This document shows, one piece after another, positions 28,601 through 37,111 of a stretch of DNA of 64,000 bases. The notes beneath the pieces were generated by a model. That model saw nothing but the letters and a program-made list of their open reading frames with translations. It did not search any database and was not told where the DNA came from. The DNA comes from a virus (Duplodnaviria; Caudoviricetes), in the IMG/VR virus record IMGVR_UViG_3300032280_000320, positions 32,001 through 96,000 of that record; one strand, written 5' to 3'. The stretch's first letter is position 1. Every line of letters begins with the position of its first letter. A program made the position numbers and the translations under genes.

Positions 28601-31600
28601 AGTTTTTATACCTTTGTAAATTGATCCAGCAGTCATTACTGCAAATATTCCATTTAGAATAAGGTTTGATTTTTCGCTGGCGATTCCCAACTTCTCTAAA
28701 GCTTTTGGCAATAGCATAAATGCAGCTAGTGGTAAAGCTTGCTGTGCAACAACACCTGCAACTGGACCTAGTGCTCCATAATTATATTTTCCACTTTTAA
28801 TCATTCCTCCCAATGCATGGTTAGGAACAATACCTCCACTGTTCATAGGAACAAATAGTTCTGGTCCCTTTTCTCCAACTATGTAAGGTGTGCCACCAGA
28901 TACAGGTCCGCCTTTTTCTCTAGCCTCTAAGCCAAATATTAATTTCTTTAACTCTTCTGTTAATGGAGTATCTTTTCTTGATTCCCAGTTTGTATATCTT
29001 CTTTTAAGTATATCTCTGTCTATTGCAGACAATACCTTTCTTCCTTCTGGTGCGGAAATTGTAGAAGATGCAGCTGATCTAATAACTGAGTCCATAATAT
29101 CTGGCTCTAGTGCTTTTAGTAATTGTCCTTGTGCATTTTTAGAATAGCCATAAGGCATTTCTTTTGCAAGTGCTTCTGCAAACTTGTCATAAAGAATTCT
29201 TTGTGCTCTCTTTGTTAATCCGCTAGAAGCAAATAGCTTTTCTGCCATTCCTATTTCTAGTGATGTTACTCCCCATCCGCCAGTTGTATTCTTTCCAAAT
29301 CCCGCTCCAATTCTACGCATAGCAAGAGATTTAATAACATTGATTAATCCACCACCATTAAATCCATTAGCATCAGATTTAAATTCCATATCACTTAAGC
29401 TTACAGCGTGGCCCTTTTGTCTTGCTCTTAATGCTGCAGCTTCTTCTAATTTAGCAAGTGCTGCTGGCGTCAATGATTTTGGAGCACTTGGCTTAACTGC
29501 TGCATGTATGCCGTGAAGTTCTTTCCAGTTTACATGCCTTGCATCTTCAAGCCTTCTTATCATTGCAGCATAAACTTCTTCTTCTCTTGGAGTTAGACCT
29601 TTAAAGCCAGCAATTGTTTCTTTTAGTCTAGGAAGGACCTCATCAATTTCATTAAGCATTGATTGCTGATATTGCTGAGGAGTCATTCCTCTTGGAATGT
29701 CTACTGTTGATTCTGCAAAGAATCTTTTTGCTCCGCCCTTTACGCCAAGTAAATTAATTCTTGCTTGTTCTCCAACTGATGGCATATCGTCTGCGTATGA
29801 TCTCAGACCAGAAGCTGTTTTAAATACACCCATAGTTCCGCCATCTGCAACAAAACTTCCACCAATGTTACCAGGTGATAAATCTTTGTCTCCTCTTAAT
29901 GCTGATGCGAGTAGCTGTTGGAAGTACTCTTGCTCTGACATTTCTTTTGGCAAGCTTGCAAATCTTGGGTCATAAGGTGATTCAAGAACAAGGAGTTTTC
30001 TTTTGCCTGCTGGATCTGTTGGGTCTATCATTACCCTTATTTCCTGCTGAGGTGTTGTTAATCTATGTGCTCCTTGGTGTATTGCATTATATCTTTGCTC
30101 AGCAAGTGCAGCAGTTTCATCAAGGACTGGCTTAACAAATACTCTTGTTCCGTCTGGCTTTGTGTATACTCCGCCCACTCCTTCGACTGGGAAGCTGTGA
30201 CCTTTTGTATCTTCTTCTTTCTTTCCAAAGTTAGTTGGTTCTTCTTTTGCAAAACGACTCTTGTTTACTGCTTCTGTCGTCTGCTCCATAACCTCTCTAC
30301 GTTTTCTTTGCTCTTGAACCTGCTTAATTGATTTAGGCATTCCAAGAAACAGTCTGCCGTAGTTTCTTTTCTTCTTTAAAATAGGTCCGCCCATTGCAAA
30401 TTCTTCAAATTCATCAAGCTGCATATGGGCAAAAGCTCCACGCTCACCATTAACTGTCATTCCTTTAGGATTGTATGATTCATAAGAACCCATGAAGTCT
30501 GTTCCGAATTCATCATTCTTTGCAATTAATTCATCTACGCTTGTTGTGCCATAAGGATTTATTCCTGTGGCAGCTTTAAATCCAGATTTAGTATCTCCTG
30601 GTTTACGGAATGCTCTTCTTTGTCCAGGTATACCTAAAGACCTAATATATTTCTTTCTTAAACCTAATCTCTTTGCTATCTCTAGATATACATCGTGTTG
30701 TGCTTTTGCAAATAATTTTTCTCCAATTAATGTATCACCATGTGCTTGGAAGTTCCCTACAATTTTATCTCTTGCTTCTAAAACTAATGAGTCTGCCATA
30801 TCGTCATCTATTTTATTTACCTTTAAGAATCTTCTTAGTGCTGGTAGCGCTTCTGAAGGAGGGAGTGACATTATGTCATCTATTATTTCTTGTGGCTTGG
30901 CTGTACTACTATTTATTTTTGAGTTTGTTGTTTTTCTAGTATTGAGTCCCCAGTTACCAACAAAGAAATATCCAAATGGATTTTTAAGTGTGCGTTTTAC
31001 TGGTGCTGCTGCTCCTAGTGTTTCATCAACAAATTTTTGAGCATTAGATCCAGAAGTTGCAACTCTCTTACCCATCTTCATTATTGGAGACAAAAGATCT
31101 TCTGCTGCATCTGTAACAGCCTTTGGCAACTTAACTCTTCCATAATTGTGCTTACCAGAAACAATTGGTCCACCTAAAATTCCGCCTGCATTTCTAAATT
31201 GAATTCTTTGTCCGTTATTTGCCGCCTCTAATATAGGCAACATCTCTTGTGTTTGTTCTGGTGTAAATACTGTCTCATATGGAGTCAGCATTGCATCAAT
31301 CATTCCGCCACGATTATATGGCTTAGTCTTTTTTGCATATTCAACTAGCTGTGGATTATTTCTTGTTGCATCTTGATTTAATACAAAACCACCAACTGGT
31401 ATTTTTGCCATTGTATTGTCATAGTTTACACTCTTGTCACCAGGTACAACTGGGCCATCTTCTAATGTGTATACATATCCACCATCATTAAACCCTCTAG
31501 ATGGACCTCTTTTTGGAAGAATAATTCTTGGCTTAGTGGTTTCTATACTATAGCCTCCGCCTGACGTTCTAACTCCTAAGCCTCTTGCAACATCATCAAC

Positions 31601-34237
31601 AAGTGCTGCGGTTTCTGGCTTATGGAACATTTCTTTCATGTTTGATTTACCAGTTACTGGATCAACTACTGGCTGGCTAGTAAATGGTACTGTTGTTAAA
31701 TTAATACTTCTTCCCATACCTGCTGCAACTTGTGCCGCAGTCTCTGCCATCATTATTTCAATTGTTGCATTAAGTGAAATTATTCTTGCTCTAGCTTGCT
31801 CTACAGTTATTACACCTTGCTGTAGCTGTCTTACAATCATTGCTCCTTCATCAGCCGCCAATGAAGTAAGTTGTTGCATTTGTGGAAGCATCTGTTGATA
31901 AACTGAGGATAACTCATGTGTTACTGTTCCAGTTGCTGCTACTTCCGTTTTTAATAATGTAAGTTCTGCTTGAGACTGGGTTGCAATAGCTGCTGTCATT
32001 GCATGCCATTTAGCTGCTTCTGTTGCGACTATACCAGTTGACACTCCGCTAATAGATGTAACTCCAGGAATTCTTGGTAAATCCTCATTCATATACATCT
32101 GTGGGTTATTGCTTACTCTAACATTTACTGGACCTGGGTTTGGAACAACACCAAATATTGTTCCTGGTTGTTCTATTGCTGTAGGAATAGTGTGTGCAAA
32201 CTGTCTGCTAAATGGGGCACCTATAAACCTGCTATCTTTATCTGCCATTCTGTCTGCATTTGCTGCAGCTCCTGCTGGAGATAGGATTGTTGATCCGCCC
32301 ATTGTACTTATGCTTGAGCTTGTTGCAACTGCTGAATTTAATGCACTTGCCTTTAATCTATCAAATGATGCAGCAAGATTATTAACTGCTGTTTCTAATG
32401 CTATTGCAGCCTGTGCATCACTAAAGAAAGATTTTTCTACAACCTTACCAGCTTCTGCAGCTGCCATCATTTCTGGTGTTAATAATTTAAATCCTGATCC
32501 ACCCTTAAATAATTGCTTTAGATGGAATACGCCCTTGATAATATATCCAAGGAAGTTTCCAAGAACACCAGTAAGCATGATAAGTGGTCCTGCAAATGCT
32601 GTTAATCCACCAAGGAATGTTAACAGTGACTTAATTGGCCCTGGTAGATTTTCTACAAACTTAATAATTCCGCTGATTGTTTTTAATACAAATGTGCTTA
32701 TCTTTAAGAACTGATCACCAACACCTGCAAGTTCTGCCTTAATTGTTTCAAGTGCTCTTTTATATTGTCCAGATGCAGACTCTGTCATAGCCTTTAATTC
32801 TCGGTCTGCAATTCCTGCTAGCTCTTCAGTGCTTGCCTTCATCAAATCTAATACTTGTAAAGTCTGTGACCCTTCTTTACCAAGGTTATTAAATAGAGCT
32901 CCCATACGAGCAAACTGGAACTTTCCAAAAAGCTGTTCAATTGCCTGAGCCTTTTGTAGTGGATCTAGCTTATCTAGTGATGCTTGAAGTGCTAATATTG
33001 TTGCAGTTATATCTCCAGCATTATTCTTTACAATTGATCCAAGATCAATTCCAAATCCCATAAACATTTCTCTTGCAACTTTAGTTGGGTTAATAAGTGA
33101 TGCGAGAGATGACTTAATAGCGTTAGCACCTTCTGATGCATTTACTCCGCCTTCTTTCATTGCAGTTAAATAAAGAGCAAGATCTTGAACGTCTCCGCCA
33201 AGTGATTGGATTACTGGTCCTGCTTTTGGAATTGCTTCAACCAAATCTGCAAGCGATGTTGATGTCTGGTTTTCAACTGCGTTTAGGAAGTTAATTGATC
33301 CTGCTAGCTCTTCGTTGCTTTGCTTAAATGCATTTTGAATAGCAAGTGTTGCTTTCATTGCATCTTGTCTATCTACTTCACCAAGAATAGAAAGTCTTGT
33401 TGTTTCTTGTGTTGATACAAGAAGATCATTTCCTTGCTTACCAGTTGCTGCAATATCCGCTGCTAATGCGATTGTTTCTTTATATGATGCACCGTAGATA
33501 GATGCTAATTCTTTCGCTGTCTCTTCGACATCTTTTCTAACTTGCTTTAGCTCTGCAGAAGATGTTTCTGCTAGACCGCCATAAACCTTTGTTAATCTAA
33601 CTAGCTGTTGGTCTGCTTCTAAGAATGCTTTTTGTGCTGCTGCACCAAATGCCATCATTGGGACTGTTAGTCCAACTGTTAGCTGACGTCCTGCCCACTG
33701 TGTATTTTTACCCCAGTTAATAAGCTGGTTAGATCCATCAAGCATTACCTTGTTAAGAATTGATGCTTCTTGTCTTAATAAAGCAGTTCTATTCTTTAAA
33801 ACATCTAGTCCATTTGCTACGTGGACATTGTATTGCATTTGCCCCTGGGCATTTCTTCCCAGGGGTTGCATTACGGCTTGTTCCATTAATACTTGCTGCT
33901 TAGCAAGATCTTTAATTAATGTGCTTGTTTTTCTTGTGTGTCCTTGCCAGACTCCGAAGTACTCGCCAAGTTTCATTCGGCCAGTATCTAGCCTCTTTCC
34001 AAACTTCTGTACATCAGATTCAAGTGTTACAAAGTGTGAAGAAAACTGTCCAGTTGCTCGCATTGTGTCGGCAAATGAACGATTCATTCGGCCTACTTCA
34101 TTTGATAGATTTCTATCTAATCCAATGGTTGTGGCTTGTAGTTTAATTAACTCGGCGGTTACGGCTCTTAACTGCGCTGTTAAACTTGTAAAGTTTGCCG
34201 TCGCAGTTATGTTCGTATTAATATTTTGTTCAGCCAA
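22640..34237 (-). CDS. tape measure protein (3865 aa) with embedded kinase-like, OmpA-like and unknown domains
   Basis: TP901-type minor-tail core (AVENQTSTSLADLVEAIPKAGP...EGANAIKS), coiled coils, GPGTGTSDSIPAMLSNGEYV motif; follows the chaperone pair; AAGGAG Shine-Dalgarno before TTG. Confidence 0.92.
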   Translation of the reverse strand: MAEQNINTNITATANFTSLTAQLRAVTAELIKLQATTIGLDRNLSNEVGRMNRSFADTMRATGQFSSHFVTLESDVQKFGKRLDTGRMKLGEYFGVWQGHTRKTSTLIKDLAKQQVLMEQAVMQPLGRNAQGQMQYNVHVANGLDVLKNRTALLRQEASILNKVMLDGSNQLINWGKNTQWAGRQLTVGLTVPMMAFGAAAQKAFLEADQQLVRLTKVYGGLAETSSAELKQVRKDVEETAKELASIYGASYKETIALAADIAATGKQGNDLLVSTQETTRLSILGEVDRQDAMKATLAIQNAFKQSNEELAGSINFLNAVENQTSTSLADLVEAIPKAGPVIQSLGGDVQDLALYLTAMKEGGVNASEGANAIKSSLASLINPTKVAREMFMGFGIDLGSIVKNNAGDITATILALQASLDKLDPLQKAQAIEQLFGKFQFARMGALFNNLGKEGSQTLQVLDLMKASTEELAGIADRELKAMTESASGQYKRALETIKAELAGVGDQFLKISTFVLKTISGIIKFVENLPGPIKSLLTFLGGLTAFAGPLIMLTGVLGNFLGYIIKGVFHLKQLFKGGSGFKLLTPEMMAAAEAGKVVEKSFFSDAQAAIALETAVNNLAASFDRLKASALNSAVATSSSISTMGGSTILSPAGAAANADRMADKDSRFIGAPFSRQFAHTIPTAIEQPGTIFGVVPNPGPVNVRVSNNPQMYMNEDLPRIPGVTSISGVSTGIVATEAAKWHAMTAAIATQSQAELTLLKTEVAATGTVTHELSSVYQQMLPQMQQLTSLAADEGAMIVRQLQQGVITVEQARARIISLNATIEIMMAETAAQVAAGMGRSINLTTVPFTSQPVVDPVTGKSNMKEMFHKPETAALVDDVARGLGVRTSGGGYSIETTKPRIILPKRGPSRGFNDGGYVYTLEDGPVVPGDKSVNYDNTMAKIPVGGFVLNQDATRNNPQLVEYAKKTKPYNRGGMIDAMLTPYETVFTPEQTQEMLPILEAANNGQRIQFRNAGGILGGPIVSGKHNYGRVKLPKAVTDAAEDLLSPIMKMGKRVATSGSNAQKFVDETLGAAAPVKRTLKNPFGYFFVGNWGLNTRKTTNSKINSSTAKPQEIIDDIMSLPPSEALPALRRFLKVNKIDDDMADSLVLEARDKIVGNFQAHGDTLIGEKLFAKAQHDVYLEIAKRLGLRKKYIRSLGIPGQRRAFRKPGDTKSGFKAATGINPYGTTSVDELIAKNDEFGTDFMGSYESYNPKGMTVNGERGAFAHMQLDEFEEFAMGGPILKKKRNYGRLFLGMPKSIKQVQEQRKRREVMEQTTEAVNKSRFAKEEPTNFGKKEEDTKGHSFPVEGVGGVYTKPDGTRVFVKPVLDETAALAEQRYNAIHQGAHRLTTPQQEIRVMIDPTDPAGKRKLLVLESPYDPRFASLPKEMSEQEYFQQLLASALRGDKDLSPGNIGGSFVADGGTMGVFKTASGLRSYADDMPSVGEQARINLLGVKGGAKRFFAESTVDIPRGMTPQQYQQSMLNEIDEVLPRLKETIAGFKGLTPREEEVYAAMIRRLEDARHVNWKELHGIHAAVKPSAPKSLTPAALAKLEEAAALRARQKGHAVSLSDMEFKSDANGFNGGGLINVIKSLAMRRIGAGFGKNTTGGWGVTSLEIGMAEKLFASSGLTKRAQRILYDKFAEALAKEMPYGYSKNAQGQLLKALEPDIMDSVIRSAASSTISAPEGRKVLSAIDRDILKRRYTNWESRKDTPLTEELKKLIFGLEAREKGGPVSGGTPYIVGEKGPELFVPMNSGGIVPNHALGGMIKSGKYNYGALGPVAGVVAQQALPLAAFMLLPKALEKLGIASEKSNLILNGIFAVMTAGSIYKGIKTAKAAKAGGAVGEATAAVAAERNVGKFGQTLGKLNAAGKAIPGWGKVAIFALTTLATVSYGAWENARKARLASQEALDVNEIQAKQLGITYTSLTDKIKKATEAAKAQGELAKIKAAGSTAIGGGINMSVKELNALQKKAKETQGDIVQMFNNLDENDVTKAATALKVQLVAAGKSAQEAAKEIYSIISVSNKAAQATAAVSSSEFLRVVDRASAARVAIETFVKSIEGADVDKKEIAASFSGGLDAIQLYYQSLVGIKDETGKAKTQTEALNDTIEQMNANKNNQKDIGDDILNLLVKENPLYKDILNSNDSMVDAWAKIQLYTNGVTANLSGLSGQEAQDLLQVVTAISQAASEMTTNANLLNNPIDAIADYGTAAKLAYDKAKKASDDATKNAQKNADAEIKALDKKIEKINEEADARIRAIEDQAEKQDYLTEVQKEQLNYQQALLAGDMSRAAQSQLNIQSLTNERQKTLSIDAIQDKRDAEVKKLEEAKAAVQERLIKLQEKANKLQEIANIKQKEYASIQALQQSIATTISKAGMTTDEGVLGTLAKALQSDVAALAAINSEGAAAAKTVTAGVPITAGKTVTGPKGLSFQQPGSADWLTYLKKITNDPGGASNSAVEYAEKYFDGFGEHVDSFGMYVKKLLGLPEVGEANAFANAKGAPIKLTFDKKTGQYIDSSGKVYKESERFFMPKPAEDTPGGAQYKSFKHPDPTKRGTTIREEDGRNKFKDYIDPKTGYTYTADGRVTDKNGKIIGRWASENYASNPWDKKVVSYNKGGKVKYFEPGGKVSGPGTGTSDSIPAMLSNGEYVIKEKAVKQYGVNFFDKLNAQRLHKGGPVGHRHGSTTEGVEQGGKLMGPIEAWQDANKQVVKIEVPPITANFDTNSYTLNKEQRLELQKIAKDLIKHKLASIVVQGHTDSVGKEKDNKILSQNRANAIAEYMSKFVPGTAFTPVGYGEYRPLVPNTTSENKAKNRRAELFLPDKYKTIYPDYIPENHEYSWSRGMLVGGGEIVGNQGTMVSGGSMHSVVNWSKLFKKIKSGLGFHKGGLVGHKHLSPGHMASSYKAPYSGPSMSALSPARAAANSKATDKFYEKDGNYYKNENGEWVKNPPSLWETFTTSKNWTAAIGGNNPGGPIHTEMQNILLTALVGAGGAQRYQDGRDWAKGEYLTAAINVALARVGGANGNALMRSIVEGFGAAKGIPNLGHLLPKGSIPFLGASGSKIATNAATAAVIGAARPFVENRVASVIQKPKITATAEQMKPNNNYPPFVVHEGNKVPLHSGGPFGNDAVVFQGTNENLGSLLTNHQVSDIIPTTPEGILSYILKKDPKNKKAQILLDKMNNNKWDDKQVREFLMNMLAAGSINLRKIDTDLLPISMLGQDLRMPELATSLDSAGLTQLISATLGSAKDDIAIRTKTKAMSPILARSAKEYAENAKEQAALIAAATERAGGVKGGFHGFRGEVPLTRAEIAAYRARGMDPYAPPTPDDIPMIRVFNEEFPTADASGDLLETAAGFKIFDRFVGPKGSVAGTDKAADYAVARTSRHFGIYDAVQSHFQGSWKPDKPFIVSTLSNLMKYNGKPEQLHSIDSFFLQKFGKPFKYSKKEGQLSSVFPLEESAYIKRLTELGLYKQGDPLPIMAENPSTKEIFYLAKEKYSQSELDQILKEINENSNLRPAAQVDDAMRARPNHERVFGNQDLYMPARSSYEVDTPMSAQRALQIIAIDKAKKQIGIDQPYLYAVGGEHHSLNQDVIQEVASKLGVRFDGGHNSGDLDMLAKGSGSNPFTYLLNEYKTSVGTPNTGTTTATKALDALLMWTRFGKYESGKTYPNPSDLKAMQEFIINQYARGFISGTEMDAKLAQIAGLQSKRITGATGGYLSGGKFNIPRFETGINNVPANMLAMLHKNEAVVPANMNPFNPNANNATMGGGVYNITNNINGYDGDINALSDMVTRKTVESIKTMSKISVKSMGESRSLGSGLEVKA

Positions 34238-34242
34238 GTAAT

Positions 34243-34614
34243 CTACTCCTTTGAGTATCCTAACCCTGCTCCAATACCAAAGCCAGCATCTGCTGCAAAT
34301 GAGCCTTGTAATGAAACCACATCATCTCCTGATGTTTCTATTCCAAGTGCCCTTCTTTGTATATCTTCAAAGGTAGGACCTTTGTTTTCTTCTTCTTCAC
34401 CATCTAACTCAATACCTTGAATTGCTGCTAAGAACTTTCTTTTCTCTGATTCGCTCTTTTGCATTGACTTAAATGTTTGAACAAGTTCTGGCATTGAGAG
34501 GCTTTCTTCTAGCTCTTCGTAATTTTTCCAATTACCTAAAAGAAAAACCTCTCCTAATAAAGCGGCTAAATCTAGTTCTGCCCAGCCAGAACCGCTGCCG
34601 CTAGAAGGTTTGGG
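34243..34614 (-). CDS. tail assembly chaperone, -1 frameshift extension (gpGT-like C-terminal part)
   Basis: The -1 frame is open from the slippery site (PKPSSGSGSGWAELDLAALLGEVFLLGNWKNYEELEESLSMPELV...) into ORF 34243..34494. Confidence 0.75.
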   Translation of the reverse strand, partial: PKPSSGSGSGWAELDLAALLGEVFLLGNWKNYEELEESLSMPELVQTFKSMQKSESEKRKFLAAIQGIELDGEEEENKGPTFEDIQRRALGIETSGDDVVSLQGSFAADAGFGIGAGLGYSKE

Positions 34615-34904
34615 TCGTCCATCTTAATTCCACCACATACTTCTAGAATGCGGTTAATTGTTGGAACATCTAGAACATCTTCAAAAGCATCTACATCTTT
34701 TACCAAGTCTGGTAACTGCTTTTCTAGTGCTACTGCACATGCTTCAATAAGGATTGTTAATGTTTCGTCTTCTGTAGTTACATCTGCTGTCTTCTGGATA
34801 ACAACCATAAACTTTCTAAGCTCTTTAATTGTTAAAGGCTTTAACTTTACGGTTACGCCATTTTGTAGAGTAATTTCTTCTACGCTATATACTGTTGTTG
34901 CCAA
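34572..34904 (-). CDS. tail assembly chaperone (gpG-like)
   Basis: Between major tail and TMP; AGGAGG Shine-Dalgarno; ends DDPNLLAAAVLAGQN. Confidence 0.8.
   Translation of the reverse strand: MATTVYSVEEITLQNGVTVKLKPLTIKELRKFMVVIQKTADVTTEDETLTILIEACAVALEKQLPDLVKDVDAFEDVLDVPTINRILEVCGGIKMDDPNLLAAAVLAGQN
34608..34614 (-). other. programmed -1 ribosomal frameshift slippery site C CCA AAC
   Basis: XXXYYYZ heptamer in the correct phase (GAC CCA AAC) near the end of the chaperone gene. Confidence 0.75.
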
Positions 34905-34965
34905 TTTGAATCCTCCTAGGATCTAGTCTTAATTATTGTATCATATAGATTTTATCAGCACAAAC

Positions 34966-34997
34966 AGTAAATCCCCCCATTTCTGGAGGGATTTACT
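34966..34997 (-). terminator. hairpin terminator after the major tail gene
   Basis: AGTAAATCCCCCCA-TTTC-TGGAGGGATTTACT; followed by extended -10 TGA-TACAAT at 34943-34935. Confidence 0.65.
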
Positions 34998-35017
34998 ATA
35001 ATTAAATTAATTAATTA

Positions 35018-35701
35018 CTATGACCAAGAACGGTCAATAATCTTACCGTATTCCTGACCAGCGTATGCTGCTTCTCCTGATGGGAGAAGACGGAATGTCA
35101 CTGGGAAAGTTGTTGCAGCATTACGTGCAAGTGAGAACTGTGACTGTTGTACTGAAAGTACGCGACGTGCATAATATACACGCTCTGTCTTTGATGAAGC
35201 CTGTGTAGTTGGTGCTTGACCAACTGCAATTAGCTGACGCTCAGTTGGCTGTACACCAAGAGCTCCTGCCTCAAGACCAATGTTAGCGCCTTCTGTAGAA
35301 CGAAGATTCTTATCCTTTGTTGATGCTCCTTGGCCAAATACTACTAGAGTATTCTGAAGTGTTCCTTCTGCCATTTCTGTTGCAATCATAACTTCCATTG
35401 ACTCCTTGAATAGCTTTGCTGTATCAAGAAGCTGATCTACTGTTACTGAACCGTATGATGGGTTGTAAGTAATCTGAAGACCATTGTTTGTGTAACCTAC
35501 GTTACGGTACTTATCTGTTGATGATGTGATATCAATAGCATTAAGTGTATCTGTGTAAGACGCTGTTGCGCTATATGCACCTGCAGCTGTGCTGCCTGGT
35601 TCTGCATTTTCTACCATTCCTGATGTTGAATCAAGATTTGAAATAAATAGTGGTGATGCACCAACTAGAATATTTCTAGCATTTCCTGTGGACTGTGCCA
35701 T
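35018..35701 (-). CDS. major tail protein
   Basis: NILVGASPLF...NVGYTNNGLQITYNP...VDQLLD...FPVTFRLLP; GGAGG Shine-Dalgarno; precedes the chaperones. Confidence 0.85.
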   Translation of the reverse strand: MAQSTGNARNILVGASPLFISNLDSTSGMVENAEPGSTAAGAYSATASYTDTLNAIDITSSTDKYRNVGYTNNGLQITYNPSYGSVTVDQLLDTAKLFKESMEVMIATEMAEGTLQNTLVVFGQGASTKDKNLRSTEGANIGLEAGALGVQPTERQLIAVGQAPTTQASSKTERVYYARRVLSVQQSQFSLARNAATTFPVTFRLLPSGEAAYAGQEYGKIIDRSWS

Positions 35702-35813
35702 GTTTACTACCTCCTGTTAAATAAATATATATATTGATTTATAAAAATCAAAAGTGCTGGCTAGGCTCTTTTCCTCTAGGACAATTCTAGAGTATAATAC
35801 CCCCAAATGCAAC

Positions 35814-36320
35814 CTAAATAAATCTTCCGTCTGGACCAGTGACCCTTGAGTATTTAACCTCTATAATAACATCTGCTGAAAAGAAGCCCTGTATCTCTTC
35901 TGACGGGGCTGTGGCTGAGGCCTCAAGGATCATGATATTATGAAATATTAAATTGTTCTCTGATTTGAACTCATTTACATCTTTAGCAGAATCGTCCATT
36001 CTTCTAAATACGTCTAGCATTAGGTTCCTGACCTCATTTATATCGGCTACGTCAATTGCATATATTGTAAATATAATCTTCTCGCAAGAGAGTAGCCAGA
36101 TGTCTTCATATGTTAAGCCTATCTTATCGTAGACTATATGCTTCTTCCCGCTTAAAAATTGATTCATTTCTGGCTGTTGCTGGACTGGGATAATTGGAAT
36201 TATTTCCTGGCCTAGGTTATCGCTATAGTAATCATTGGCATCAAATACGCCAGAGTCAGTTAACTCTTTCCAAAGGTATTTTCTTATTTCGTATATTGAG
36301 TCTACTTTATATTTTGTCAT
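35814..36320 (-). CDS. tail terminator/completion protein (putative)
   Basis: Size and synteny (immediately upstream of major tail). Confidence 0.55.
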   Translation of the reverse strand: MTKYKVDSIYEIRKYLWKELTDSGVFDANDYYSDNLGQEIIPIIPVQQQPEMNQFLSGKKHIVYDKIGLTYEDIWLLSCEKIIFTIYAIDVADINEVRNLMLDVFRRMDDSAKDVNEFKSENNLIFHNIMILEASATAPSEEIQGFFSADVIIEVKYSRVTGPDGRFI

Positions 36321-37111
36321 AGCACCCCTCCAAATGATTGTGTTAATGCCATATCTGCCTGCCGCCTTACAGCGTTTGGGGAAAAAGAATATTGCACCTT
36401 TTTAATATTGAGTGGTACCGCTAATGCTCTTGTAATCTTAGATCCAAATATTTGTTGAAAGCCAGAATTTTTAATTGATTCATTAACAAGTTGTCCGCTA
36501 AAGAATATACTGTAAGCAAGTTTGAACTGGTTTGTAGAAGCCCTTCCTCCAGGGCTCTTGACGGTCACTGAGGCCCCTTTAGGCATAAAGACTACTTCAC
36601 CATCAATCTCAAAGACAAGCCTCTCAGCGGACCTTGGGCGGATTATGACGGGCATACCCTCTTCCATAACAGAAGCCTTATTTTCAAAGATATATTTCTT
36701 CTTTTGCTTTACATTGTTTGATGGAACAGAAGTCTTAGATAATTTAAAATCAAAATCTATTTTAAAGGAAAGTCCTGTTGTGTCAATTGTTCTTAATTTA
36801 AAAAGTCTGGCTGCTGGCTTTCCGCCTTTACCCCATTCATAAACATGGTGAAATGCCTTTGGTTTTGTTCTAGATAGTGCATCTATATATTGTCCAAAGT
36901 CTTTATCTATCTGCTTAAACAATGTATGTTTAAACAAAGCTTTAAATGCTTCATTTGCTTCTAGTTCTGCCATTACATTTGCTTGGTAATATAAGAATGC
37001 AGATATCTGTGCGACATTGCTATCTCTAATTGCCCCTTTTGTTGGAGTGCCAACCATGAGTCTTTCTAAACCGCTGGCTGCTTGTAGTAGTGCTACGTTA
37101 CTAGATGCCAA
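36317..37111 (-). CDS. neck / tail-completion protein (putative)
   Basis: Synteny; probable TTG start at 37111 with GGAG upstream. Confidence 0.55.
   Translation of the reverse strand: MASSNVALLQAASGLERLMVGTPTKGAIRDSNVAQISAFLYYQANVMAELEANEAFKALFKHTLFKQIDKDFGQYIDALSRTKPKAFHHVYEWGKGGKPAARLFKLRTIDTTGLSFKIDFDFKLSKTSVPSNNVKQKKKYIFENKASVMEEGMPVIIRPRSAERLVFEIDGEVVFMPKGASVTVKSPGGRASTNQFKLAYSIFFSGQLVNESIKNSGFQQIFGSKITRALAVPLNIKKVQYSFSPNAVRRQADMALTQSFGGVL

Noticed and set aside
35702-35813. Structured ncRNA in the leader of the major tail gene
   Set aside because: Only short CTAG-based pairings and an AT-rich tract; not enough to call from one sequence.
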